In this document: one piece after another, positions 1 through 12,144 of the stretch
Layout of the letters: each line of letters begins with the position of its first letter
Position numbering within the stretch: the stretch's first letter is position 1
Assembly (NCBI GenBank): GCA_964255285.1
Contig: CAXUUL010000098.1
Location: 1-32,842 of the forward strand
Direction of reading: 5' to 3'
Source: Ionaspis alba
Lineage: Eukaryota
DNA: 32,842 nt
Position numbers and translations under genes: made by a program
The notes under the pieces: model-generated
Database searches by the model: none
Seen by the model: only the letters and a program-made list of their open reading frames with translations
Told to the model about the DNA's origin: nothing

Positions 1-602
1 GTGGGAGGGGGAGGGTTAGGAGCAGGGTTAGGGTCGAGGTTTGTGCGTGTAGGGAGGCGTGCATGAGCTGGAGTGGGGAGATTGTGTTAGCGGGTTCGAC
101 GAGTAGAAGGGGAAGCGAGCGAGAGGAAGGAGGACGTACGGCATCAGCACCGACATGGTTCTGCCAGCTTGCACAGTCGGGAAAGGACGTCGCCAGCAGC
201 TCTGCCACAGGCTCAGAGCTGGCGGCTGCGAGGATGAGCGGGGTGTCCCCGTCGGTGTTGCGCGAGATGCCGTCGTTTTCGTGGCCGGCTGCTATGAGGA
301 GTTTCTGAGAGCTGTTAGAAAGATGGATAATGTAGAGCGTGGTGTGGGAAGGAGAGGGGAAGTGGCATACTGCTATCTCAAGCAGGCCGAGCTTTGCGGC
401 AAGGTGGAGCGAGGTATTGGATTTATCGGCATAGTCAGGGTTCTTGAGGTGGTGGGGATTGTTCTTGATGATGCGGCGGAGGAGAGGGAGATCGTTGAGG
501 TAGATGGCACGGCGGATGCGGATGGAGACGCCGATCCTGAGGTTTGGCTCTTAGATTAAGTTCGTGGAGTAACGGTTGAGCACTGATGGAGACTACATAC
601 AT
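1..602 (-). CDS. AVO2: Ankyrin-repeat protein, TORC2 subunit Avo2-like (3' end runs off the window)
   Basis: Not in the ORF track. Spliced exons 602-601, 536-371, 304-140, 67-<1; introns 600-537 GTATGT..CAG, 370-305 GTATGC..CAG, 139-68 GTACGT..CAG. Translation MIGVSIRIRRAIYLNDLPLLRRIIKNNPHHLKNPDYADKSNTSLHLAAKLGLLEIAKLLIAAGHENDGISRNTDGDTPLILAAAS...GADALMHAS contains ankyrin motifs (NTSLHLAA, GDTPLILAA) and resembles the fungal Avo2 N-terminus. Confidence 0.75.
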
Positions 603-612
603 CGTCTGATCG

Positions 613-618
613 TTACAT
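613..618 (-). promoter_or_regulatory. Minimal uORF (ATG-TAA) / alternative 5' splice donor upstream of AVO2
   Basis: Minus strand reads ctcaccATGTAAcgatcagacgAT|gtatgt. The ATG is in CACC context and is followed immediately by TAA, 10 nt before the split main ATG. Confidence 0.5.
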
Positions 619-947
619 GGTGAGCAGTGGCCGTGTGAGGAGAAGGAACGGACTGGACTCGGGGAGCTGGTCGTCGTTTAAGAGCAGCTACGGTTAATTC
701 GTGGGCTACGCGGTTCGGGAGAGGTCAATATTTGTATGTTGTTTTATTATTGGGGGGCCCGCTGTTGGGCTAGCAAGCACCATGCAAAGCTTCTGCACCA
801 TCCTCGCCGCCCTCTCGATCGGAGGAGGTACCGTCTAAGAACACAGGGTGGTGAAAGCTCACAACTCCTCTCGTCCAGCATGCCCTATGCTGTTTGTTAT
901 ACAGGTGCAGTTGGCCCCAAGCACCATCGACAAATCCATGCTCAGCC

Positions 948-3004
948 TCACATTCCCTCAAAGTCGCCCCCAACATCATCGTCGTCCATCTCTCCATCCA
1001 CAATCTCCTTCGCAAGCTCCCGCTCCCTCTCACGTGCCTCCTGAGCATTTTTGAGTTCCAACCGGTGCTGGTTCATCGGAAATCTCATAGCCTGGGCTTG
1101 AGGTCAGCACATCGCTTTATTTTCTCACACCAATCTAACATACCTTGACACTCTCGTCGTGCAAGTTGAGACATGCTCTGATACGTTCATGGAAGGCTTC
1201 TCCTGGTTCCCGGGTGGCATAGATATCACCCACATCTTTGCTTTTCATGTAACCATGCTCGTGGTCCAGAGTAGCCTCAATAACTCCATCTCTTATAGCC
1301 TTGGCAACGATGTACTCTGCGGTCTCCTCGCTTGGCAGTCCTAATCTTAGACAGATATCCCTCAACGAGATTCTGGCGTATGAAAGTGACATCATGCGAA
1401 TACCGGTCTTGATTACATTCTGTCGCAGCCGAAGAATGAGAGTATAGGTACCATCACGCCGGAAATTATCGTTGTGGGACTGGACAATCTTAAGAAAACT
1501 GTCAAGATCCCCAACGCGAACAGCTTGCACTAGCTGTAAGTATGGTTCTAACGCACGTTCGAGGCTCGGCTGACGGAACGTTGCACGATCAGGAATGTCG
1601 CCCATAAGCAGCTCAACAATGATCAGGAGTTTGGTAGAAGCTTGGTAAAAGCCTCCTGCGCTGTGTGTAGATGGTGATTTGCGGGTGGCACTAATCAAGT
1701 GCTCATGCGCTTCGGTATAAGATAATTGTATTGCACGTATTCGTCCAAGGTAGTACAAGTACCGAGCAATTTGATTGTTCGAGGCGGCCGGAGGAAATTG
1801 AGAGTGTGAAATGAGTAGATCAGCCTGAGTAATATGGGAAGTAGATAAATAATTCCGTAGAAGTAAAGTCGTGACAGTAGCTTGGGTGTCCTGGTCTTTT
1901 CGAAGTACTGACGTTCGCAGAGCCGCGAGCAGGTTCTGCCGAATCGAGACTGCTGGAGACATAGGTGACGGAGGAAGAGGCGAGAGTTGTTCGAAGAATA
2001 ATGAGTAGTAGAAGTATACACGAGCAGAAAGTGCGTCGAGGGTCCGACGGTTGAGCGTACGCAACCTTTCCACAAGCTTACTCGAGAATGATGCACCCTG
2101 CTCGATAGCTTTCGCGTCATAGAGGTAGATCTGAACTAAGATAGAGAGGTATGTGTCGACTTCAGGCAGAATTTCCTTAGACGAACTCGACGACTTTCCC
2201 GAATTTGACCGGTCCCGAGTCTGCCCGTCAATCTCCATATCAGAATTGGAGGCTGCTGGTTTGAACGAGGCATCTTCCTTCCCGATGCCAGCAAGAAGCG
2301 ACTTTGCTATAGGACTGGATGAGGTATAGGTCTCCGTGATGACCTGTGTAAGGAGATCGGGAGAGAGATGTTTTCGGACCAAGGAAATTGAACGTAGGAC
2401 ACGCAGTGTAAAACGAGCATCGAACTGTGCAACAGCTTTCTCAAGAAGATCGAAGTTGGCTTTGATATCTTGCAAAGAGCAGTCAGCTTTCAAGCATATT
2501 CGGATCGTTGTCGCTTGATAACTCACCTGCATGGGCTTTGACCTTGGGATCTACCACTTCCGGGGCTTTATCAACTGCGTCTGTCTTTTCCGTATCGGCC
2601 ATTGCGACGTCTCCCTCAGAGTCCTTACCAGGTGCTGCAGCGAGCTTAGAGCTATTGGGAGGTGGTACAACAACAGTCATCTCGTCGTCGCCGTCTTTGC
2701 TTGATTTTAGCCGGCTTTGCTCCGCTAGGTCATCGCCCATCTCGACGTCTTCTGCACCATTCACACCATTTTCGACTAGTTCAGTACCGTTTGTTTTTGC
2801 TGTTTCACCGTTGGTATCTTTTGAGGACGTATTGGACGTGGTCTTCTTTGTATTTCCGGCTTTGCCCTTTGATGACGTGGTCCGCGCAGGTATTGGCTTA
2901 TCTTTATTGGACGTAGAGCTCTGAGAATCCGATCGTGCCTTTTCACCGTTGGTAGAAGAAGCAGACTCTTTGCTCGACCTAAGGTTCCTTCGCTCACCAG
3001 GCAT
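948..3004 (-). CDS. RPN3: 26S proteasome lid subunit Rpn3 (PCI domain)
   Basis: Exons 3004-2527, 2468-1144, 1091-948; introns GTGAGT..AAG and GTATGT..CAG. Motifs ARYLYYLGRIRAIQLSY, LLMGDIPDR, LRLRQNVIKTGIR, AEYIVAKAIRDGVI, FHERIRACLNLHDESVKAMRFP. Confidence 0.96.
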
Positions 3005-3246
3005 CCTGCTGATGAATAAGAGCTAAGCTCCCAAGAGACCAAACAAAGAGCTGGTGCCTTGACGTCACGGCTTGGACTCGGAAGGCCTGGAAGAGAAAGC
3101 TGCTGGTCGGCAAAAGTAGGGTCTAATGACAGAGGAAAGAGGCTTAGAGGTCGATTATGCTTCTGATGTTATCGGGGCGTTGCAGTTGGAAAGTTCACCT
3201 GATGAATGTCGCGGAAAGGAGCGCTAGTGCAAAAAAGGTCAGAACA

Positions 3247-3252
3247 GCCACC
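3247..3252 (-). promoter_or_regulatory. Possible Rpn4/PACE-like core (GGTGGC) in the RPN3-SPC34 divergent promoter
   Basis: GGTGGCTG on the minus strand ~245 nt upstream of the RPN3 ATG. Only the 6-nt core of PACE (GGTGGCAAA) matches. Confidence 0.25.
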
Positions 3253-3531
3253 AAGCCGCCGCGCACAGTAAGCGTGTTTTCTTGGCGTTTGTTTTCTGTC
3301 AGGCACACTTGTGAATCGTCGAGAATAACACTATTGAAGCCGACAGAGTCATGGTCCCATTAACTTGCGGGGATACCTGAAATCTAGAGACCATCTCAAA
3401 GGCAGGCTGTGAAAAGCATCATGTCAATTGAATCCCGTTACGACTTACTTGTGCATCCGTCAGAAGGACTCGTATGACCCCACAGGTCGACTTGCAGGAC
3501 AACAACAAGCCGAAAAGACGCGTGATTGGCC

Positions 3532-4397
3532 ATGAATGCGCTAGAGAATCATCTCGAGCAAATCTCACTCTCTGCTGCAGCCATTTCCGACCTCCCGTCC
3601 GTTCTCCTGACGTTAGAAGTCCCCGAGCTATATACTGATGATTGACAATAGATTTCCCCCTCCCAAAATATTCACAAATGCGCTTCTCCATCACCACGAT
3701 ATCACTGCCCTGATCAGAGACACGGAGCCCCATGAACGTGCCTTGTTCACCGTTGCCCCGCGTCAACCGGGCTCATTTGAAGCAAGCACTAGTTCTGCCC
3801 GGAGAGCGACTACCTTTGGAATTGACACTAATGGGGAGTCGGCCAGGAATGGTCTAGGCGTGTACAATGGCCCAAGATCTACTACAGCGGTAGGGAGGGT
3901 TCTCGGAGCCGATGTCCTCCACCAAATCAGAAAGGGAGGGAAGTCAGATGGCAAAGATGTGGGAGATGTAGATGTGAAATTATTGTTGAAGGGCGCAGAG
4001 AGGCTTTGTGAGGTCTAGTATGTTGCCTGACAACAACGGTGCTATGGCAATGCTTATAAGCCTCAGTCCTATCAAAGGAGCACGGGACAAAATTGATGTT
4101 CTCCGATCACGCCATGAGCGGCTTTCTTCTTCCATCGCATATTACGAGGCACGAGCTGCCAAGCAGGCTGCTCAGCTTGATAAAATGAATAGACCGAAGG
4201 AATACAACGAGCATGAAACTTATGATGATGACGACGATGATGTCATACAGAGTTCCATGAAAGTAGAGCCGGTTCAGATCTCTCGCGACGACATCAGGCG
4301 CGAAGAAGAAGAAATGAGAGAATTGGAGGAGAAGAAGAAGGGATTAGAGGAGAGAGTGAGCGGAATGGAGAAAGATCTCGGTGGGCTACTCAGATAG
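3532..4397 (+). CDS. SPC34: DASH/Dam1 kinetochore complex subunit Spc34
   Basis: Exons 3532-3596, 3652-4017, 4067-4397. Protein MNALENHLEQISLSAAAISDLPFPPPKIFTNALLHHHDITALIRDTEPHERALF...LLKGAERLCEVYPIKGARDKI..., with a C-terminal coiled coil; matches the Spc34 signature. Confidence 0.9.
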
Positions 4398-4801
4398 ATC
4401 TGGAACCGAAACGAGGGCTCTTCATCACAGTATGCTCGAGAGGGTGTCCTTGGAAAAGACTGAGTCCATTTGAGATATACAAGACATTTGAGCTTCGAGT
4501 AGAGCAGCAGCACGCTCTTTCGGTCACCATGAATACTCTCGCCGCAACAGATGTGAGATCTCAACACCAAAAGCTCGTACGTGCTTGAATAGATAGGTAC
4601 CTAATTTCTTGCTCAATCAACGAAAACGTCCCTTATTTCTCAGATATCAAAGCAACAGTGGTTTTAATAGTATTACAACTGTGCTGTAAATCTCAATTTG
4701 TTTTCGCTTGCCACAATAACTCACTCGGTGGTTTGGACGCCTTGAAAGTAGGAAATTGTGATGGAGCTCATGTCTCACTTCTCCACTTCAGCAACGAGAA
4801 T

Positions 4802-6726
4802 ATGAAGCCACAGGAGGCTCGCTTGGGAGTGATAAAGAAGGTTGCCTGCCTGGGGTCTGGCTTTGTTGGAGGTATGTGTAAGCTGCGCTTCGCCCAGCGA
4901 TCTCAGACTCACAGAGATGTAGGACCAACTTCTGCTGTCATGGCCTTCAAGTCTGATGCCAGGGTGACAGTAGTAGATGTCGATGCCAAACGAATTGCAG
5001 CTTGGAATTCCAATTCTTTACCTATCTTCGAACCTGGCCTAGACATGGTCGTTCGAGCGGCTCGTGATGGTATGCACATTTGCGACGAAGCCAAACCTAC
5101 AACGATCGAGAATCTGCACAGGGACGGAACCACCATACAGTCCCAGGGGCATCCCAATCTTTTTTTCTCCACGGATGTCGACCGAGCTATCGAAGAGGCG
5201 GATTTGATCTTCATCTGTGTCAACACCCCAACAAAACCGAGGGGCTTCGGTAAAGGCTCTGTGCCAGATCTTAGCTTCGTAGAAGCTGCAACTCGGAACA
5301 TAGCAAGGGTTGCAAGAAGTGATAAGATCGTCGTGGAGAAATCTACAGTACCATGCAAGACAGCGGAATCAATCCAAGAGACTGTAAATTTTCCAATGAC
5401 TCACAGAGACTTGTAATCATACTAAAGTCTTTCAGCTACTGGCCAATGCTCAGCCGGGAATCAATTTCGATGTGCTGAGCAATCCAGAATTCCTTGCGGA
5501 AGGCAGTGCGGTTATGGATCTTCTACATCCCGATAGAGTCATAATCGGTTCTCATCTGACTCAATCCGGTCTGCGCGCTGCTTATTCCCTCGCGGAGATT
5601 TATGCGCAATGGGTCCCGCGAGAGCGGATAATCTCCATGAGTCTGTGGTCTTCCGAGCTCTCGAAACTGGCTGCGAATGCAATGTTGGCTCAACGAGTAA
5701 GCAGCGTCAACGCATTGAGCGCAATTTGCGAAGCAACAGGCGCAGATGTGGAGGAAGTTAGTCACGCATGTGGTCTAGACTCAAGAATCGGTCCGCGTAT
5801 GTTGAGAGCAGGTCCTGGCTTCGGTGGAAGGTATGTTAGAGATGACAACTATGCAGGAAGTCCGACTAATATCTTGCGTCAGCTGTTTCCGGAAGGATAT
5901 CCTCAGCATTGTCTACCTCTCTGAGTCTCTGGACTTGTATGAAGTGGCAGATTACTGGCGCGCAATCATAGAGATCAACGAGTACCAAAAATCGAGGCTT
6001 ACCAAGCGCATCGTCTCGTGTCTGTCCAACAGTCTTGCGTCAAAAAAGATCGCAGTTCTCGGTTTTGCGTTCAAGAAGAACACGAGTGATACTCGTGAGT
6101 CGCCAGCGATCACCCTAGTGTCGAATCTTTTGGCAGAGGGAGCGCATGTGACAATATACGACCCAAAAGTACAGGATGCGAAGATCTTAAAAGACCTTAC
6201 GAACGAAATTGGAGACCTTGCGAGCCTAGAGATGGGTGTAGAGGTTTGCAATTCGGCTTATGAAGCCTGCTTGGCCGCTGATGCCATTGTTGTGATTACC
6301 GAATGGGATGAATTTAGCAACAGATCTAGCACCGACATAAGGAAAATGATTTCAGCAGAAGCAGTTTTGCCGGAGAAAGACCGAAATCGAAGCTCTTGGG
6401 TTGAAAAGCCTATCATTGTATCTCCGACCTCGAAAACCAATTGCGGTTCCTCTAGGCTCCAGAACGGGGTACGCGAACATGCTCCAGAGAATGCAAAAAG
6501 CCCAGGTCTCGTTGGAGACCATGAGAATTATGGATACCCGTCTGATTACACACCCTTGGATTGGGCACGAATAGCTCGCGATATGAAGAAGCCTGGCGTC
6601 GTTTTTGATGGCAGAAACATTCTCGATGCCGACAAACTCAAGGCTCTTGGACTCAGGGTGGAATCGATTGGGAGGGCTAGCTCGGCGATTCGTGATACTG
6701 GGCTTCATGACTACGTCGAGACTTAG
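4802..6726 (+). CDS. UGD1: UDP-glucose 6-dehydrogenase
   Basis: Exons 4802-4871, 4923-5383, 5436-5830, 5883-6726. Rossmann [58 protein letters not shown], catalytic [33 protein letters not shown]. Confidence 0.94.
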
Positions 6727-7448
6727 TGGAGCAGATTAGAATCGCTGATGGTATATCGAAAGGTAGACGGAACTTTTAGGTTCAGTTTGTCATGCAAGGA
6801 GATTTTGGTAGACTAGGAATCCTCAGTAGACTGCAAGAAACCATATACCGTGATTGATGGACGGATGTCAGTTTAACAGAAAATAAGTTTTTCTAATGTG
6901 TAAGGAGAGTAACACCAATTGGATCCATTGCTGTCATGTGAGGAAGTATCCCTCTCCTGTTAGTTCAGAGTTGTCAAGACCACTCAAGCAAGAATAGTGA
7001 GCGGCAGCATGTTCTCCGTTCATTTCCCGATGCGTTGCAACAATTCTGTTATATTATAGGGGCAATATGTATTCTGTGCTAAGAAAACTGCCTGTGATGT
7101 TTAGCTTCGGTCCTGGGCAAAGCCACATTGCGTTTGTACTCATGTGCCACAACCTTATTATTGAGCCTCACACGTCAACCTTGGTAGGCCAAGTGCGGTG
7201 ACCACAATCATGCTTCTATCGCTCTTTGCCTTTGACTCTTCATACCAATCATCAAATTTGTGAGAATACATGTCACTTGTAAAGAGCCTGTCCGAAATCC
7301 GCCTTGGCTTAGGTGTTTGAGTAGAGTGAGCATATCCTATATCTACCAGTCTTTCTAACATAGCCAATATCTTGCTTCCATTTTCCGGCAACGAGATTGC
7401 CGCCTATCATTATTTTCGAAACACTACTTCATACTTACCGCCAGCAGT

Positions 7449-9245
7449 ATGAATGCTCAGATTCCGCAGGCCATGTTACCTCCTCTGGAGAAACTTATCA
7501 GACCCGATCAAGTCCAGAATATTCTTTGTCTATCGCCGGAGAAGCGAGTTCAATACCACGAAGGAATTACGGCATTATGGAAGAAGATTCAGGATCATCC
7601 GCAGTTGGACAACCCTGAGCGTATCGGCGCGCACAAGAGACTGGCGGATGTCTCGAACGTATTAAAGCTTCAAATGCAAAAGTGGAGGCAAGAAAATGGT
7701 CAAAATGCGGCTGCTAATAACCCTCGTCCTATGGGACAGCCTGGTGCGGGTCCAGCTCCAGGCTTCAATGGTGCGAGCTACCGACCGCAACCACAGGGAC
7801 CTCCGGCAGAGGCGTATAGCGAAAACGTCAAGGCACAAGTGCGGGCTCTGGCTCTAGCAATCCCACCGCAAGTGGCGGCAATGTCACTGGAAGATCGTCA
7901 AGCCTGGGCCCAGAATGAGAAACGGAAGTATGCAATATTATTAAAGAGATACGAAGAGGCGAATACCCAAATGGCTGAACTTCAAAATGTGGTTGCTGCC
8001 CGTCGTCAGCAAGGACGCGAATTCAATGCAGAAGAGAGGCAAACCCTAACCACACGACAAGCGCAATACCGTCAAGTCCTCAATGACACCAAAGATCAGA
8101 TTTCGCAATTCCGAAAGGCACAGGACCATTATAGAGATCAACAGCAGCTTCTAGCCCAAGGTGGTGGTCCCAGCACTCAACCTCTAGCAAGGCCGAATGC
8201 GCCAACGCAGACACCGTCGCAGACGCAAGGCATCTCATCTGGCGCCCCCAATACAGCGCAGACGGCCACCGAATCTCCCAGCATCTCATTGCCACCAAAT
8301 CCGACCCTAGAAGCTACGCGGAACCAAACGAGTCAGGCAGAACAACCACACAACTCGATGAGTCCTTCCGTCACTTCAACACAAACTCAGATTCCAACTA
8401 GTCAACCACATACTTCACAACCGCAACCAACTTCAGCAGCAGGTGTTCCTGCTTCACAGCCGACAGTGACCGCGCATTCACAACCACATCAGTCACCTCA
8501 ACCTAATCCAGCACAGTTACCCAACTCAGGACAAGCTTACCCACTATCTCATAAAGCAGCTGTAGCTCACGCACAACGATCCTATTCTCAACCCAACGGC
8601 TCTCAGTCAGCCACACAGGCCCACGCGCATCCTAACATCCCTAACGAAACTACGCCTGCGAACACCAAATATCCTATCACCAAACAGCTACAAGTCACTC
8701 CTCTTGCACCAGTCCAGATGGGTCCTGCTCGACCCACGCTGTCTGGGGGGCCCAGCACCGGCGCCATGGGTTCTATGGGTCAACCCGGCATTCAAAAGCA
8801 TCCTGGTTATGTCCTCGAAGGCGAAGGTGAACGGGTACTGAGCAAGAAGAAACTTGAGGAACTCGTGCGACAAGTCACTGGTGGCAGCGATGGAGAAGGA
8901 GCCGAGGTGCTAGATCCTGACGTTGAAGAGGTGAGTCCTTTACAGACCCGAATCATATGTCGCTATTCTCGAAACTGGCTATTGACACATCGACAGACTC
9001 TTCTTGACGTAGCGGACGAGTTCGTCGATAACGTCATCATCGCTGCATGCCGTCTTGCCAAACTTCGCCAGTCTGCCACCCTCGAACTGCGCGACATCCA
9101 ACTCATCCTCGAGCGCAACTACAACATTCGTGTTCCTGGCTTTGCATCGGATGAGCTGAGGACGGTGAAGAAGATCCAGCCGACTCAAGCTTGGTCGCAG
9201 AAAGTCGCAGCGGTGATGGGATCTCGCTTGACGAAAGAAACTTGA
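7449..9245 (+). CDS. TAF12: TFIID/SAGA subunit Taf12
   Basis: Long Q/P-rich N-terminus and C-terminal histone fold RVLSKKKLEELVRQV...LDPDVEE|TLLDVADEFVDNVIIAACRLAKLRQSATLELRDIQLILERNYNIRVPGF. One 66-nt in-frame intron 8931-8996 (GTGAGT..CAG). Confidence 0.93.
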   Translation: MNAQIPQAMLPPLEKLIRPDQVQNILCLSPEKRVQYHEGITALWKKIQDHPQLDNPERIGAHKRLADVSNVLKLQMQKWRQENGQNAAANNPRPMGQPGAGPAPGFNGASYRPQPQGPPAEAYSENVKAQVRALALAIPPQVAAMSLEDRQAWAQNEKRKYAILLKRYEEANTQMAELQNVVAARRQQGREFNAEERQTLTTRQAQYRQVLNDTKDQISQFRKAQDHYRDQQQLLAQGGGPSTQPLARPNAPTQTPSQTQGISSGAPNTAQTATESPSISLPPNPTLEATRNQTSQAEQPHNSMSPSVTSTQTQIPTSQPHTSQPQPTSAAGVPASQPTVTAHSQPHQSPQPNPAQLPNSGQAYPLSHKAAVAHAQRSYSQPNGSQSATQAHAHPNIPNETTPANTKYPITKQLQVTPLAPVQMGPARPTLSGGPSTGAMGSMGQPGIQKHPGYVLEGEGERVLSKKKLEELVRQVTGGSDGEGAEVLDPDVEEVSPLQTRIICRYSRNWLLTHRQTLLDVADEFVDNVIIAACRLAKLRQSATLELRDIQLILERNYNIRVPGFASDELRTVKKIQPTQAWSQKVAAVMGSRLTKET

Positions 9246-9629
9246 TGACCACTTGTCGATGAGTTGGAACGCTCTCGTCTTGTATTCCTATCACTGGCGT
9301 TTGGTGCATCAATACAATGGATTTCGTCGATTGGGCTTTTATGATCAAGGAGGGGGGGGAGGAAGGTACCATGTCTGGCTGGACTGGCGCGGCTGATTGG
9401 AGCGTGCTATGTTTCTGAAACTATGTGACACTGTTTGTTGAAGGATGAAGCCATATCAAAAATGGCAGAATCCCAGAATCTGATAGTGATTGATGTCGAT
9501 GCTTCTACCGTCTCAAGATATCGTTATGCATAGTTAGGATACAGTCATCCTTGCTTCTTATCTATATTCTCTAGTACCCAGCCCATCTTGTAGTCCAACG
9601 TTCTACGCTTACCACCAAATAACTTACCA

Positions 9630-11143
9630 CTACCGTCCCAAGATATGACTAACCACACTTCTCTTCTTTCCCGTCTCCCTCTCACTGCCTCTAATCGGCA
9701 AACTAAACACACTCTTCTCCTTCTCCCCTTCGCCACCACCGCTCTCCCTTTCCCTCCTGTCCCGCCTCTGACTCCTAGACCTCCTACTCACATGGCCACT
9801 CCTCGAAGAAGACTTTGCACTCCTCTTCTCATCGGATCTCCTCTCGCGGCGCTCATCTTTCGACCCCGCCTGGCTGATACTATCGCTCGGTGCCACCGAC
9901 GCCAAATCGTCAATCTTCAGCGCTGGGCTCAACGCTCTAGGCCTGGCATCACCACTGGCACTATGGCTGTGACTGTGGCCGGATTTAGGACGGTCGTCCC
10001 GAGCTGAGAGGGACGTGTACCGAGACCCGGCGCGGCTGCGCGGAAGCGGAATATAGTCAGCCTGGGTGACTGTCTTCGTGGACGAGGTGTGGGAACGCGC
10101 TTTGCTGTGGTGAGAGGACGGAGAGCGCAAGGGCAGAATCTCTGAGTGTACGCTACGTGCGATGGAGGGGCGGATGGGTGGAGCCCGCGGGACTGGGCAA
10201 GCGGGGGCTTCGCTGGGAGGGGCGAACGTTTCGATGAGGGTGCTGTGGCGTGATGATGGAGGCGCTGCTTCGATATAACGATGGCGAGTGTGCGTGCTGC
10301 CTGGAGAGAGTGTTGAGGGGCTTTGTGGATGCGAGCGACGCGAGGAGGCTGTAGAGCGAGGGGTTGGAGGGCTTTCGATTGCCTGATAGAAAGCTGGACT
10401 CCAAGGAGTAGATATCCTTTCACGGGGAACGCTTTCTGACTCGGACTTCGTCATGGCGTATGCTATGGCGGCGCCGGCGGCTGCACCTAAGAGGGTGCCG
10501 ATGAATGCTTTCGAAGGGTCTGACTTTTGCTCAGTTGGGGTAGATGTGGTGACAGTTACTGGTGTGGTGATGTTGTTGACGATCATTTTGAGAGGACTTC
10601 GATCTGTGGTTAGGCCGGGGCTGGCGGTGCTTTTAGTGACATCTTTCTGCCAAGTCAGAACTCGACTGCCTTCGGCGACCAGGGAGCCAGTGTCTGATGG
10701 TATGGTGTTCTCTGTCTCTTTGTTTCCGCGATAGACAACTTCGATAGAATTGTCGTCGAAGTCGAAGACGGCAGCGCTGTAATACTCTGTCTGATGGTCT
10801 CGCACCGCAGGCTCGCCGTGAATACGGCCGCCAGCTTTGAGGGCAGCGACGAAGAAAGAGTCGACGACGGCACGGGATGGGGCAGAGAAAGCAATGTGTG
10901 CTGCTCCAGCTTTGGTGCTTCAGATATCAGGTATCAGTGATGGCTTTCAAGCAAAGGGCGCATCGAGAGAAAATACCCTGGAGATTCCTGGCAGATGAAG
11001 AAGTCCGCATGATCGATACCGAACCCGATTTGGTTACCTTGTTGACCGATATACCTGTAGCCTAGTGGTGAAAGTGCGGAGAGAAAGAACGAACAAGATG
11101 TTGGGAGATGAGACACTGTCAGGCCGATGTGAGAGATAGACAT
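9630..11143 (-). CDS. VOC/glyoxalase-bleomycin-resistance domain protein with long Ser/Arg/Pro-rich C-terminal tail
   Basis: Exons 11143-10977 and 10917-9630 (GTATTT..AAG). MSISHIGLTVSHLPTSCSFFLSALSPLGY...GTKAGAAHIAFSAPSRAVVDSFFVAALKAGGRIHGEPAVR...YYSAAVFDFDDNSIEVVY is a typical VOC pattern. It is followed by the hydrophobic segment FIGTLLGAAAGAAIAYAM and low-complexity sequence. Confidence 0.82.
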
Positions 11144-12144
11144 TTCAGGATGCAGCGTGATTAGTGCTAGACAGAGCTGTAGAGCAAGTTCAATGCACAA
11201 GATTGTTACTTCGCTGTAGATATTTGTAGGTTTGATATAGTAGCAATAGGAACAGACCTTCCATCCGGAGATTTGCATAAGCATCCGCGATCTCCCAAAC
11301 GCCCAAAAGCGAGGCGACCCATACGAGGAGTGCTGGTACCTTACACCTGTCTAGGGTTTGCTTCATCAAGAGCGAATGAGGTTGGATCAGGGACCAGAGA
11401 TCCTAAACTACCCGAGGTGTGACCCGAATTGAAGCTGCCACGTAAAACACTCTGCAGCTAACGCGGGCACGGGCTGTGGTTGGGCGCCATCGAACAACCC
11501 ACGAATGATAAACAACGCATTCATGTCAATCAGAACAACCACAGTTCAGTGAAGTGATGCGCGAGTTGCGCGAAACGATTTGAATTGTCAAGCAGATTAT
11601 CAATCCTTTGGTTTATGATAAAAACACGCCGATGTTCTCGGGAAGTTCGTGAACTTTGTACAAGCAGTAGCGGTTCTTATTCTCGTGCACGAAAATGAGT
11701 ATTCCCACTTGTAGTAGAACAAATCAGAAGTGACTATACAATGCTTTTAGTTTTCTTCGTAGTGAGCCCGACGTTGTTGAAATATGTCAACCCCAATCGC
11801 GACTGACTTTTCCCCCCATGAATGCGAACGCGCCAGCTATGGCAGTGATTCAAGCCATCTTACCTTGCCAAACATATGAGGAAAATAGCAGAGCAGAAGA
11901 GACAAAGAAGATGATAGAGCAGGTTGAAGTGCTCCATCGAAGACGAGAAGCGCCTTGAGTCTGTTGAACCTTCCATGTTCTTGTTGCAAGGACAAAAGCC
12001 AGATCCAAAGATTCTCAACGCAGTCCATGGAGACACGAACGAGGGAGCTTTGATGTTGGTATCGCAGCTGTCATACGTGTTCCACACTCCCATCTTTGTC
12101 CCAACAAAGTCCTCTGAATCTTCATCTTCCACGAGAGCCAAAGC

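Noticed and set aside
13..33. GGGTTAGG telomere-like words near the window start
   Set aside because: Only two spaced copies, and they are Leu-Thr-Leu codons (CTA ACC CT) of the AVO2 exon on the minus strand.
155..559. 134-aa plus-strand ORF
   Set aside because: Antisense shadow of the spliced AVO2-like gene.
8931..8996. 22-aa insertion in the Taf12 histone fold, and a 17-aa insertion in UGD at 4872-4922
   Set aside because: Both are stop-free 3n introns with canonical donor, branch and acceptor; removal restores the conserved motifs.
11150..11850. Long intergenic stretch inspected for tRNA, snoRNA or TPP riboswitch
   Set aside because: No cloverleaf, A/B boxes, C/D box pair with terminal stem or TPP core seen by eye; an Infernal/Rfam scan would be needed to exclude these fully.
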